UHGV virus genome: UHGV-0849750
DNA from: a virus
Strand: one strand, 5' to 3'
DNA length: 41,901 bases
Numbering within the stretch: position 1 is the first letter of the stretch; each line of letters opens with the position of its first letter. Below, one piece after another: positions 26,430 to 34,965 of the stretch. The notes beneath the pieces were generated by a model. That model was given only the letters and a program-made list of their open reading frames with translations. It was not told where the DNA came from and made no database searches. The position numbers and the translations under genes are program-made.

Positions 26430-26797
26430 CGCACAGCCCCCACCAGCTATCCTTATCCGCAATTTCACTACCTTTGCGGACAGAGCGAGCGACCCCGCCA
26501 GCACCCAAATTTCTACACATTTGATGCTACGTTGTTGCTCGCAAGGATGTTATATATGCGTTACTTCGTAATTACTAGCACGTTACACAACCACAACTAT
26601 CTTCGCCATACGAATATATGGGGTAATCACGCCTATGCAAAGATACGACAAACGAACGACATAAGCAGACAAAGGAAAGCAAGTAATAGAGCAGTATCGA
26701 GACAAGAGCAAGACAATCGGAATTTATCTCCAGTTGCCTTGCTTTTGTCGTATTATTGTTGTTACTTTGTTGCTCACATCAATCCGAGCAACAAGAA

Positions 26798-27889
26798 ATG
26801 AACGCAAACGAACCCGTCAAGCTACGCAAGCGCAAGACACGCACGGGGCTGTCCAGCCTCTATCTAGACACCTATAACAACGGCAGGCGCACGTACGAGT
26901 ACCTGCGCCTCTACCTCGTCCCCGAGAAAACACGAGAGGACAAGCGTAAGAACAAGGAGACGCTTCAGCTGGCGGAGGCGATCCGAGCTAAGCGAGTGGT
27001 CGAGTATCACGAGGGGAGGTACGGTTTTGAGACGAGCGGGCAGGACAATACGCTACTATTTGACTACTTCCACGTGCAGGCTAAAGACCACAAGGGTAAG
27101 ACTGTGCGTAGCTGGTACAACTGCCTCCAGTACTTAGAGCAGTACGAGACACGGAGCAACGTCACGTTTTCCGATGTCACGTCCGAGTGGGTGCAGGGCT
27201 TCCGAGAGTACCTAGAGGCGCAAGAGTTGTCGCAAAACAGCAAGGCACTATATTTCTCTAAGCTCCGTGCCTGCATCAATCGAGCGTACAAAGACGGTAT
27301 TATCACGGACAACCCACTGAAACGAGTGAGGAGCATCAAGCACGAGGAGAGCAAGAGGGAGCACCTCACGATAGAGGAGGTGCAGAGGCTAGCGGAGACA
27401 GACTGCGACAACGATATAGTCAAGAGGGCTTTCCTCTTCTCCTGCCTAACTGGACTGCGCAGGAGCGACATCGAGCAATTGCAGTGGAGTGACGTCCACA
27501 AGGAGGGCGACTACACACGCATAACATTTCGCCAGCGCAAGACGGGCGGGCAGGAGTACCTCGACATCACCCACGAGGCTCGAGAGCTTATGGGAGAGGA
27601 GCAGGGAGAGGAGGAGCTAGTATTTGATCACCTCCCCTATCCAGCTAACACTAACACATTCATCAAGGTCTGGACAGCACGGGCAGGCATACGCAAGCAC
27701 ATCACCTTCCACTCAGCCCGACACACCTTTGCCACGATGATGCTAACGCTCGGCACCGACCTCTACACGGTCTCCAAGCTCCTCGGACATAAGGACATCA
27801 AGACGACCGAGATCTACGCTAAGATCGTGGACAAGGGCAAGCAGGAGGCGGTCGCTCGCATCCCGTCAATACTTAACAAGGAAGAGTGA
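26798..27889 (+). CDS. Tyrosine integrase (site-specific recombinase, phage integrase family)
   Basis: C-terminal catalytic signature HSARHTFATMMLTLGTDLYTVSKLLGHKDIKTTEIYAKI (R…HxxR…Y). Start chosen at MNANEPVKLRKRK within ORF 26756.. Confidence 0.8.
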   Translation: MNANEPVKLRKRKTRTGLSSLYLDTYNNGRRTYEYLRLYLVPEKTREDKRKNKETLQLAEAIRAKRVVEYHEGRYGFETSGQDNTLLFDYFHVQAKDHKGKTVRSWYNCLQYLEQYETRSNVTFSDVTSEWVQGFREYLEAQELSQNSKALYFSKLRACINRAYKDGIITDNPLKRVRSIKHEESKREHLTIEEVQRLAETDCDNDIVKRAFLFSCLTGLRRSDIEQLQWSDVHKEGDYTRITFRQRKTGGQEYLDITHEARELMGEEQGEEELVFDHLPYPANTNTFIKVWTARAGIRKHITFHSARHTFATMMLTLGTDLYTVSKLLGHKDIKTTEIYAKIVDKGKQEAVARIPSILNKEE

Positions 27890-27959
27890 CTATTCGGAAA
27901 TTCCGAAGAGTTGCGGGAGCAACTATCCAGCAACATCGGTTAGCTCGAACTTACCAAAG

Positions 27960-27991
27960 CTTGGTAATTTCAAAAAGTATTTGTACCTTTG
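27960..27991 (+). promoter_or_regulatory. Bacteroidetes-type promoter (TACCTTTG -7 element) for the higB-higA operon
   Basis: TACCTTTG at 27984-27991 with TTGG/TTTG upstream. Confidence 0.45.
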
Positions 27992-28014
27992 CAGTGTAAG
28001 AAAAGAAGAGGTTA

Positions 28015-28308
28015 ATGCGAATCGTTTTTGAAGACCCTAGGCTTGAGAAGTTGCTAGCAAACAAGGCAAAGGCGTACAGAAAGTACGGACACAAAGCTAT
28101 CAATACGCTCTACGCACGATTATCAGACATTGAGAGCGTGGATAGTGTCTCTGAGCTTGCGATGTTGCCTGGAGACTTTCATCAATTAAAGCATAATATG
28201 AGCGGTCTATGGGCTTGTTCGCTGACGGGAGCTTTACGCCTTATTATGAGGGTTGAGGACGATATGACAGCCATTATCGAGATTACGGACTATCACAAGC
28301 GCAAGTAA
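28015..28308 (+). CDS. higB: HigB-like toxin of the RelE/ParE superfamily (plasmid-maintenance killer family), 97 aa
   Basis: GDFHQLKHNMSGLWACSLTGALRLIMRVEDDMTAIIEITDYHKR matches the HigB pattern …L.G.L.G.WS.R….RI.FR.…I.DYH. Confidence 0.6.
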   Translation: MRIVFEDPRLEKLLANKAKAYRKYGHKAINTLYARLSDIESVDSVSELAMLPGDFHQLKHNMSGLWACSLTGALRLIMRVEDDMTAIIEITDYHKRK

Positions 28309-28310
28309 CT

Positions 28311-29435
28311 ATGACAAACAGCAAGAACACATTTACAATACCCGTAGTATCACCGCCAGGGGCAACACTGAAGGAACTCATAGACGAGTGGGGTATGAGC
28401 CAGCAGGAGGTCGCAGCCCGATTGGGAAAGCTACCAAAAGATGTAAGCTTACTTTTTGCGGGGCGACTGAGAGTAACGCCAGACTGGGCTGAGCGTCTAG
28501 AGCTAGTCACTGGGCTGAGTCGTGGCTTTTGGTTGCGACGACAAGAGAGCTACGATGAGTATCTCAAGCGTGAGGAAGCAAAGCCACTTGTAAAGAGAGA
28601 GTGGGACAACTGGGCATCGCTCTTCCCGACTAGAGAGATGATTAAGCGTGGCTGGATAGCTCCAGTCTCCGCTTCCATTAGGGACATAACGGAGGCGGTG
28701 AAGTCGTTTTTCGCCACAACGTCCTCAGGGGCATGGTGCGATGTCTATCTACAACGACTGCAAGCAAGCTTATTCCGCAAGAGCGAGAAGAGCGACCCAT
28801 ACGCTCTCCTAGCGTGGATTAGGCAGGGAGAGTTACAAGCTAGAGAGCTATCAGCCACAAGAAGCGAAGAGTTGGGGGAGTATAGCAAGCAGGAGCTGAA
28901 GAAAGCAGTGCCAGCGATCAAGCAGGCTCTAGAGACACCAGCGGACGCACCTCGTAAAGTGCAAGACATCTTATTGTCGGTCGGGGTCAGATTAGTCTAC
29001 CTTGAGAGCTTCCCCAAGGTATCAGCCAACGGAGCAACGATCCACACTGGGAGGTACCCCATTATCATTTTGTCCGACAGAGGTAAGCGGTATGACATCT
29101 TCGTCTTCTCTCTGATGCACGAGATTGCACACCTCTTACTACACGTAGGCAAAGAGACCCCGATGCTCATTGACGACAGCGAGCAGGAGCGACTAGAGAT
29201 AGAAGCAGAGGCGGACAAGTGGGCAACAGACACACTAGTGCCTAACGTGGACTTTGGTGCGATATTAGTACCACCTACCCCCGAAGAGGTGATCCAGCTA
29301 GCCAAGAGCCAAGGAGTACACCCGAGCGTAATAGTCGGACGCTTACAGCACGAAAAGATAGTCTCCTACAGAGCAGGAGGAGCCACATACAAGAACTTGA
29401 TAGAGAAGATAGACCTACAAACGGGGGCTGTCTAA
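28311..29435 (+). CDS. HigA-type HTH antitoxin fused to an M78/ImmA-IrrE-like HExxH metallopeptidase domain (374 aa)
   Basis: N-terminal PPGATLKELIDEWGMSQQEVAARLG…GFWLRRQ (HigA/XRE HTH). C-terminal region has DIFVFSLMHEIAHLLLH (HExxH) plus a downstream EAEADKWA acidic segment. Starts 3 nt after the higB stop. Confidence 0.55.
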   Translation: MTNSKNTFTIPVVSPPGATLKELIDEWGMSQQEVAARLGKLPKDVSLLFAGRLRVTPDWAERLELVTGLSRGFWLRRQESYDEYLKREEAKPLVKREWDNWASLFPTREMIKRGWIAPVSASIRDITEAVKSFFATTSSGAWCDVYLQRLQASLFRKSEKSDPYALLAWIRQGELQARELSATRSEELGEYSKQELKKAVPAIKQALETPADAPRKVQDILLSVGVRLVYLESFPKVSANGATIHTGRYPIIILSDRGKRYDIFVFSLMHEIAHLLLHVGKETPMLIDDSEQERLEIEAEADKWATDTLVPNVDFGAILVPPTPEEVIQLAKSQGVHPSVIVGRLQHEKIVSYRAGGATYKNLIEKIDLQTGAV

Positions 29436-29459
29436 TAAATAGTCACACAGCCACAAGCA

Positions 29460-29489
29460 AGAGGGGCGCATCGTGAGGTGCGCCCCTCT
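29460..29489. terminator. Bidirectional terminator hairpin (perfect 11-bp stem AGAGGGGCGCA/TGCGCCCCTCT, 8-nt loop) between convergent genes
   Basis: Perfect inverted repeat read directly. T-rich sequence on both sides. Confidence 0.55.
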
Positions 29490-29531
29490 CTTGTACCATT
29501 TTCGTGGCTCCACGCAAAAGGTCGGGAGCTG

Positions 29532-30608
29532 TTACTTGTCGTATCGTTTGGCTATCTCGATCAGCTTGTCCTTATAGTTGTAGATGTCGCTCAAATCACC
29601 ACCGACCAAGTCCACATTCTCTTCCAGCTTATCCTCCGTGATAAACGAGATGCGTCGTATGTCACGATAGTTAAATCTGAGTCGGCAGACCGTCTGAGTG
29701 ACCTTGCCGTCGAGGATAACAGCAAAATAATTCTTCGTATCCTTGTAGGAGATGCGGTCGGGGCTAATGTACTCGCTTAGGATAGCCCGACAGATATGGT
29801 ACGCATCCAGCTCCTCATCGGTAGTCTCAATACCATTGTCAGACACGCTTTCCTCCTGCTCATCGGCAGGCTCCTCAGCCGTTTTGCTCGCTGGTTCGCT
29901 CTCCTTCATTGCAACCTTCAAGCGGTCAGCGATGATGTCATTAATGTAGAGAGATATAGACCGCTTGAGGAGGGGCTGGAACTCTTCGACAATACGCTGA
30001 GTCACGATGCCCGTATACAGTTGCTTGACGACGTAGCGGGTGAAGTCGGGGCTGGGGTCGGTTAATTCAGATTGGATCACCGCCCGAAGCTCACCGAGAT
30101 ACTTCAGCTCATTAGCTGTCGAGAGGACTGTCTCGACATTGAAGTACGACTTGTGAAATTTCTTCAGCTCTTCAATCTGAGCGTCCTTGAGTGCCTGCAG
30201 ATTCACCTCAAGAAATGGGACGGTGTCCATTTGGTTGGGCTTTTCGAGGTCGGTGTAAAACCGCCATATGATGCCATTGGTCAGTACGCCAAACTTAGCA
30301 GTCGATACCCCGAAGTATCTTATGAGTTGATTGTCGTATAGCGACAAATCCTGCGCCCAATGCTTACACTCAATCAGTATCACTGGTTCGCCCTCTTTGA
30401 GGATTGCATAGTCGATCTTCTCGCCTTTCTTTGTGCCGATGTCGCAAGTGTACTCGGGCAAGACTTCAGTCGGGTCGAAGACGTTGTACCCTAGAGCCGT
30501 AAGCATCGGCATAATCAGTGCATTCTTTGTTGCCTCCTCGGTCTGCAGATTGTCCTTTAGCTTGTCAATCTTCTGTCCGATTTGGAGGATCATATCTTTT
30601 AAGTCCAT
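29532..30608 (-). CDS. PD-(D/E)xK nuclease-like protein with HsdR-N-like N-terminal domain and unknown C-terminal domain (358 aa)
   Basis: EEATKNALIMPMLTALGYN…IDYAILKEGEPVILIECKHW is an HsdR_N-type motif (D…E-C-K). Start taken at MDLKDM. Lies 20 nt downstream of the CI gene on the same strand. Confidence 0.5.
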   Translation of the reverse strand: MDLKDMILQIGQKIDKLKDNLQTEEATKNALIMPMLTALGYNVFDPTEVLPEYTCDIGTKKGEKIDYAILKEGEPVILIECKHWAQDLSLYDNQLIRYFGVSTAKFGVLTNGIIWRFYTDLEKPNQMDTVPFLEVNLQALKDAQIEELKKFHKSYFNVETVLSTANELKYLGELRAVIQSELTDPSPDFTRYVVKQLYTGIVTQRIVEEFQPLLKRSISLYINDIIADRLKVAMKESEPASKTAEEPADEQEESVSDNGIETTDEELDAYHICRAILSEYISPDRISYKDTKNYFAVILDGKVTQTVCRLRFNYRDIRRISFITEDKLEENVDLVGGDLSDIYNYKDKLIEIAKRYDK

Positions 30609-30628
30609 ATCTATAGTGTATTGGGTTG

Positions 30629-31441
30629 TTATGCGAAGTAAGCGATGCTGGCACGGACACGCCACAGCCCCACAACGTGGGAGATAGGTATCTCAAAGTC
30701 CTCGTACCGTTCATTGTCCGAGCGGGCTATCCAGTACTCCCTGCGCTTTGCGGGGTCATCGTGCTTGTACAGACGCTTGACGTAGTCCGTCACAGCCTTG
30801 GAGTCGGGGTCATCGGGGTCGTGCAGGACGATGGCAAAAGCTTCGCCAAAGGGTATCGACAACGGCTCATCGAGTCGAAACCACACACGAGAGACAGCCA
30901 GCCGTGACCCCTGCGGAAAGGTCGGAGCCATCGAGTCGCCCACCACGGGAACAATCATATCAGCCCGCACATCGGGCATCGTCCAGACGCTCTCCACCTC
31001 GTTCATCGTCTCCGCAAGCGGATAGCCATCATTGCCCCCCTTGAAAGGCTCGGAGAACATCGGTATCAGCTCCACCCCTAGCTCATCAGCCAGCGCACGA
31101 GCCTTCTCCAGCTTGTCCAGCGTGAACTCTGTCGGCTCCGTCCGTGGATCGTGACCGCTCAGCATATCGCCCTCGCCAGTGAGGACATCATCATCGCCAG
31201 TGAGGACATCATCATCGCCAGCCAACATCTCGCCACTCCCATTACTGAGCCAAGAAGAGTTCAAACATTTGAACGCTTTTGCGACAAGATCCATATAGTA
31301 TGGAGTTGCCTCCTTGTACCCATTTTTAATTCCAGTGACAACAGAGCGACCAACGCCTATCTTCTCGGCAAAGTCCGCTTGATTGTACGCTAAGCCTGCG
31401 GAAATCACATATTCCATAGCTTTCACAAATCTGTCATTCAT
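30629..31441 (-). CDS. CI-like repressor: N-terminal HTH plus C-terminal S24 (LexA-like) autopeptidase domain (270 aa)
   Basis: HTH ADFAEKIGVGRSVVTGIKNG. S24 Ser motif VVGDSMAPTF and Lys in YVKRLYKHDD. Linker carries tandem GDDDVLT repeats. Confidence 0.7.
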   Translation of the reverse strand: MNDRFVKAMEYVISAGLAYNQADFAEKIGVGRSVVTGIKNGYKEATPYYMDLVAKAFKCLNSSWLSNGSGEMLAGDDDVLTGDDDVLTGEGDMLSGHDPRTEPTEFTLDKLEKARALADELGVELIPMFSEPFKGGNDGYPLAETMNEVESVWTMPDVRADMIVPVVGDSMAPTFPQGSRLAVSRVWFRLDEPLSIPFGEAFAIVLHDPDDPDSKAVTDYVKRLYKHDDPAKRREYWIARSDNERYEDFEIPISHVVGLWRVRASIAYFA

Positions 31442-31457
31442 AGCGTATTATAACTAT

Positions 31458-31525
31458 CTGTTCAACTTAGATTGAATTGTCAGTTCAAAAACGCTTGCAC
31501 GTTTGAACTATTTGTTGTACCTTTG
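31458..31525 (+). promoter_or_regulatory. Divergent control region: operator-like inverted repeats (half-site GTTCAA) and rightward early promoter TACCTTTG
   Basis: TTCAActtagatTGAA at 31461-31476. AGTTCAAAAACG…CGTTTGAACT at 31482-31509. TACCTTTG at 31518-31525. Confidence 0.5.
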
Positions 31526-31608
31526 CAGTAACAAAGTAAGGGAGTAGAACCTCCATTACATAAGTAACGCTACAAAGTAACAGAAACCAAGCAAGAAAAA
31601 CAAGAGCT

Positions 31609-31896
31609 ATGACACAAGAAGAGCTAAGAGCAAAATTAGAGAGCTACGACCTCAAGGGGGCAACGCTGAAGCAACTACTAGCAGACAGAGACATCGCCAA
31701 GGAGGCGCAGGCACAGCTACAACGCTCCTACAGGGAGCTACGCAACTACAACATAGCAGGCTGGGCTGGCACCACCACGGACGAGGTGAGAGACAGAATG
31801 AATGAGTGCCTCCAAGCAATCGCAGACGAGGCAGCTATGTACGGAGCTTTCGTCGGCAGAGCGAGCGAGGAGATCTACAAGCGACTAGACAAGTAA
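31609..31896 (+). CDS. Early hypothetical protein (95 aa)
   Basis: First ORF after the early promoter. Confidence 0.4.
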   Translation: MTQEELRAKLESYDLKGATLKQLLADRDIAKEAQAQLQRSYRELRNYNIAGWAGTTTDEVRDRMNECLQAIADEAAMYGAFVGRASEEIYKRLDK

Positions 31897-31914
31897 CCAC
31901 AAGCGGACAAGACT

Positions 31915-32217
31915 ATGTTTCTTCACGAGATCGAGGCGAGCCTCAAGGAGCGCAAGCTGGAGGAGTACAGCCTATCAAGGCTCATCGGGTGCAAAGAGTA
32001 TGCACGTATCGTCATAACCAACCTAGAGAGGTCGGCAGAAGAGATTAAGGACTACGTCATCGCAAAGACTCCACTCGAGGACATCGCAAGCACAGAATTA
32101 AAGAACCTCAAGAATGAGCTGGCATCACGTATTGATGCGGAGGTGCAGGTCTACGAAGACTTCTACCTGCGAGCAGAAAAAGAGATTGACAAGCGACTAG
32201 AGACAACCGACAAATAG
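31915..32217 (+). CDS. Early hypothetical protein (100 aa)
   Basis: ORF with GACTATG start. Confidence 0.4.
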   Translation: MFLHEIEASLKERKLEEYSLSRLIGCKEYARIVITNLERSAEEIKDYVIAKTPLEDIASTELKNLKNELASRIDAEVQVYEDFYLRAEKEIDKRLETTDK

Positions 32218-32392
32218 TAGTCAGCGTAGAGCAGAGACACCATCCAACAGTAGCTATGTACAACCTTTGCCTCTGACACTACGCACGAGAGACGCCACGG
32301 GGGCGTCCGTGAGGACTAGGGGCGATGCAAGCGCCCACCCCGTGCGTCGCTACTACCAACACAACGACCAAACCAAAATAACCAACAAGACT

Positions 32393-32590
32393 ATGTACAT
32401 CGAGAACAAATCAGACATATACGCCATAATCAAGACAATCCGAACGCTAAAGACAAGGCGAGCAGTGAAGAGCTACTACAAGCAACTTCCAAGCGACGCA
32501 CAGCTAAACTTTGACGTGATATTTGTGGCACATCAGCAGATGAGGGACATACGGAGAGCGAGAATCTACAGATGGCTACTCAACCTCTAG
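32393..32590 (+). CDS. Small basic protein (65 aa), paralog of 32839..33174
   Basis: Shared C-terminal motif F.AH.Q.R.IRR.RIYRW. Duplicated upstream sequence ACAACGACCAAACCAAAATAAC…ACTATG. Confidence 0.4.
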   Translation: MYIENKSDIYAIIKTIRTLKTRRAVKSYYKQLPSDAQLNFDVIFVAHQQMRDIRRARIYRWLLNL

Positions 32591-32614
32591 ACACCAACCA
32601 ACGACACAGACACG

Positions 32615-32833
32615 ATGACACCCACAGAGGCGATAGCAGAGATACGCAAGCTGAGGACAGACGACGAGGTTAACGAGTACAGCAGGAACCTACCCAAGGA
32701 GCTACGATACAGCTACGAGGTGCAGAGCCAGCTCAGACTGAGAGCGATGCAGATATTCCACGAGACCGTAGACACAGCGGACACACGACCAGCATACGCC
32801 TACCCGTGGGCATACAACGACCAAACCAAATAA
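32615..32833 (+). CDS. Early hypothetical protein (72 aa)
   Basis: ORF between the two paralogs. Confidence 0.35.
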   Translation: MTPTEAIAEIRKLRTDDEVNEYSRNLPKELRYSYEVQSQLRLRAMQIFHETVDTADTRPAYAYPWAYNDQTK

Positions 32834-32838
32834 CAACT

Positions 32839-33174
32839 ATGAAATACTTCAAGGAGAGCGAGTGGAGAGACGAGGTCGAGTACCTCGATAGGGAGAAGCA
32901 CGTCCCCGAGCCATTGAAAGAGCTGAATAACAGCCTCAACATCACACGAGCCACAACACGGGGAGCCGTCCTCTACTTCTACTTCAGTTTGCCCGAGGAG
33001 TTCCAGAGAGAGCGCAACAACATATTCTCAGCACACAGACAGCTGAGAGCTATACGCAAGGAGCGCAGGAGGCAGACGATAATCAATTGGCGCAGAGCCA
33101 TCAAGGCAAAGATATACCGCTGGCAACTCAAGCAGGAGTACAAGCGGATAACCAAGCACGATCAAAACAAATAA
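32839..33174 (+). CDS. Small basic protein (111 aa), paralog of 32393..32590
   Basis: FSAHRQLRAIRKERR…IYRW. Same upstream 25-nt sequence as its paralog. Confidence 0.4.
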   Translation: MKYFKESEWRDEVEYLDREKHVPEPLKELNNSLNITRATTRGAVLYFYFSLPEEFQRERNNIFSAHRQLRAIRKERRRQTIINWRRAIKAKIYRWQLKQEYKRITKHDQNK

Positions 33175-33186
33175 AACAATAGACCA

Positions 33187-33417
33187 ATGAGCAAGACCAA
33201 AGAGACAATCATTATCCCAAAGAGAGACTTTGAGAAGTACAAGAGATGGACAGAGATGCTCCAGATGTACGAGGGGATGCGCAAGGAGCAACCCGAGAGG
33301 AGTAAAAACTCCATCCACACCTACATCGGGGCGCAGTTTGACGTATCGATCGCATCGGTGATAAATGCGATCAGCCGATGCACGGAGACCACAGCAGTAA
33401 AACTAACAAGAGAGTAA
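33187..33417 (+). CDS. Early hypothetical protein (76 aa)
   Basis: ORF in the early cluster. Confidence 0.35.
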   Translation: MSKTKETIIIPKRDFEKYKRWTEMLQMYEGMRKEQPERSKNSIHTYIGAQFDVSIASVINAISRCTETTAVKLTRE

Positions 33418-33421
33418 CGAT

Positions 33422-33724
33422 ATGGCTACAATGGACGACATCAAGCGTCAGCTCGATCGCATCGAGCAGTACGCTGTCATATCTAGCAAGGAGGTGCTAG
33501 ACCTAGAAGAGGCGATCACATACACGGGGTGCGCACGATCCACCCTCTACCGCCTCACCTCCGCAAAGGAGATACCCCATTACAAGCTGGGGCAGGCACT
33601 CCGCTTTAAAAAATCCGAGCTGGACGAGTGGCTCACCAGAACGAGGGTAGCAACCGCCAAGGAGATCGAGAGCAAAGCAGTGACCTATATGACGCTCAAG
33701 GACAAGGGATATACACGCAAGTAG
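33422..33724 (+). CDS. AlpA/excisionase-like HTH DNA-binding protein (100 aa)
   Basis: LDLEEAITYTGCARSTLYRLTSAKEIPHYKLGQALRFKKSELDEWL matches the AlpA/Xis (HTH_17) pattern. Confidence 0.5.
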   Translation: MATMDDIKRQLDRIEQYAVISSKEVLDLEEAITYTGCARSTLYRLTSAKEIPHYKLGQALRFKKSELDEWLTRTRVATAKEIESKAVTYMTLKDKGYTRK

Positions 33725-33883
33725 GACAAAACAATGACAATAAGAGAGATCAGAGCAGAGATCAAGAAGCTGGAGCGTGAGATGCGCAAGCTCCGAAACG
33801 AGACAGAGGATATACACGGACAAATCCGAGACCTGCCGTGGAGCGAGGAAGAGGATAATCAGCAATAAGACAGAGACAAGACT

Positions 33884-34174
33884 ATGGCACCGCAAGGACT
33901 AAGCGAACTGATGGAGCTAGCGACTGAAGTAGACGAGCTCCGAGAGAAAGCTAGTGGGCTGATGGTGCGCCTCATAGACCTCTACCAAGTCGAGGAGGAT
34001 GTAGAAGATCTAGGAGCGCACGACAGCCTAACCAAAGCGACAGTATCTCTGCAAAAGGCAGCATGGCGACTAGGGCATGCTGTGACAGAGATACGGGAAG
34101 GACACAAGTTTGAAAAGGCTCTAATGGACTACTACGAAGAACTATCAAGCAGGCTACACAATGACGATAGATGA
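33884..34174 (+). CDS. Early hypothetical protein (96 aa)
   Basis: ORF with GACTATG start. Confidence 0.35.
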   Translation: MAPQGLSELMELATEVDELREKASGLMVRLIDLYQVEEDVEDLGAHDSLTKATVSLQKAAWRLGHAVTEIREGHKFEKALMDYYEELSSRLHNDDR

Positions 34175-34403
34175 GATAACAACAGCCCTCCAAGAGTGGA
34201 GAGGTGACGACAATGCAAGACACTACACGCTCATCGCAGTAGATGACGATGAAGAAATCACAGTGGCGGTGCTGGGTAGCGGCTTTTTCCTCGGGTACGC
34301 ACTAGCATCAGCGATGAGGAAAAAGCCGTCAACAAAGAGCATCGTGCAGTGGGCTATGGCGCTCAAGGAGATGGACATATTTAACGACAATGACGAAGAA
34401 TAG
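34161..34403 (+). CDS. Early hypothetical protein (80 aa)
   Basis: Translationally coupled ORF. Confidence 0.35.
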   Translation: MTIDEITTALQEWRGDDNARHYTLIAVDDDEEITVAVLGSGFFLGYALASAMRKKPSTKSIVQWAMALKEMDIFNDNDEE

Positions 34404-34638
34404 ACTGAAGATGGTTGAAGCGTGGCTCCGAGGGCTGGGGCTGGCGCTACTCGCAGGGGCTGGGTTCGTCCTCCTCCTGCACGACTTAGACGCAGACACC
34501 CCGACAATGTCGTGGGGCTGGAGCTTACTCGCCCGCATCGCAGGCGCAGGGCTACTCTACATCACCTACAAGGTCGGCAAGGCACTCCACAAGTGGGGAC
34601 TGCTCCCGACGATAACAACGGACGACATAGACGACTGA
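34390..34638 (+). CDS. Small membrane protein with two predicted TM helices (82 aa)
   Basis: Hydrophobic segments LGLALLAGAGFVLLL and LLARIAGAGLLYITY. Confidence 0.35.
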   Translation: MTKNRLKMVEAWLRGLGLALLAGAGFVLLLHDLDADTPTMSWGWSLLARIAGAGLLYITYKVGKALHKWGLLPTITTDDIDD

Positions 34639-34641
34639 GCA

Positions 34642-34965
34642 ATGATGACGAAAGAATCAAATCGTAGCCAAGAGAGCTACATACAGCGAGTGCTGGACAT
34701 AGCACGTCAGATGCCGAAAGTTGGGTCTCCCAACATACGTAGGCAGTACTATGCCCTCAAAGACATCTGCTACGGACTACGGTCGGCTACTAAGGGGCTA
34801 CAAGCCCTGCAAGAGCTATACGGTAAAAATGACCTGAGTAGCCATTTCTTAGACCTCGCCGAGGCATTAGAGGACTACTACAGCATAGCTCGTACGGTAT
34901 CTATCGAATCGCTAGAAGAGATGGGCAGGATAATCGAGATAGAGATGCGCAAAATGAAGGAGTAA
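34642..34965 (+). CDS. Early hypothetical protein (107 aa)
   Basis: ORF preceding the repeat-rich region. Confidence 0.35.
   Translation: MMTKESNRSQESYIQRVLDIARQMPKVGSPNIRRQYYALKDICYGLRSATKGLQALQELYGKNDLSSHFLDLAEALEDYYSIARTVSIESLEEMGRIIEIEMRKMKE

Noticed and set aside
26430-28014. tRNA gene or tRNA 3' fragment marking attP next to int
   Set aside because: No cloverleaf-compatible segment or GGTTCGAATCC-like T-arm was found by eye on either side of int.
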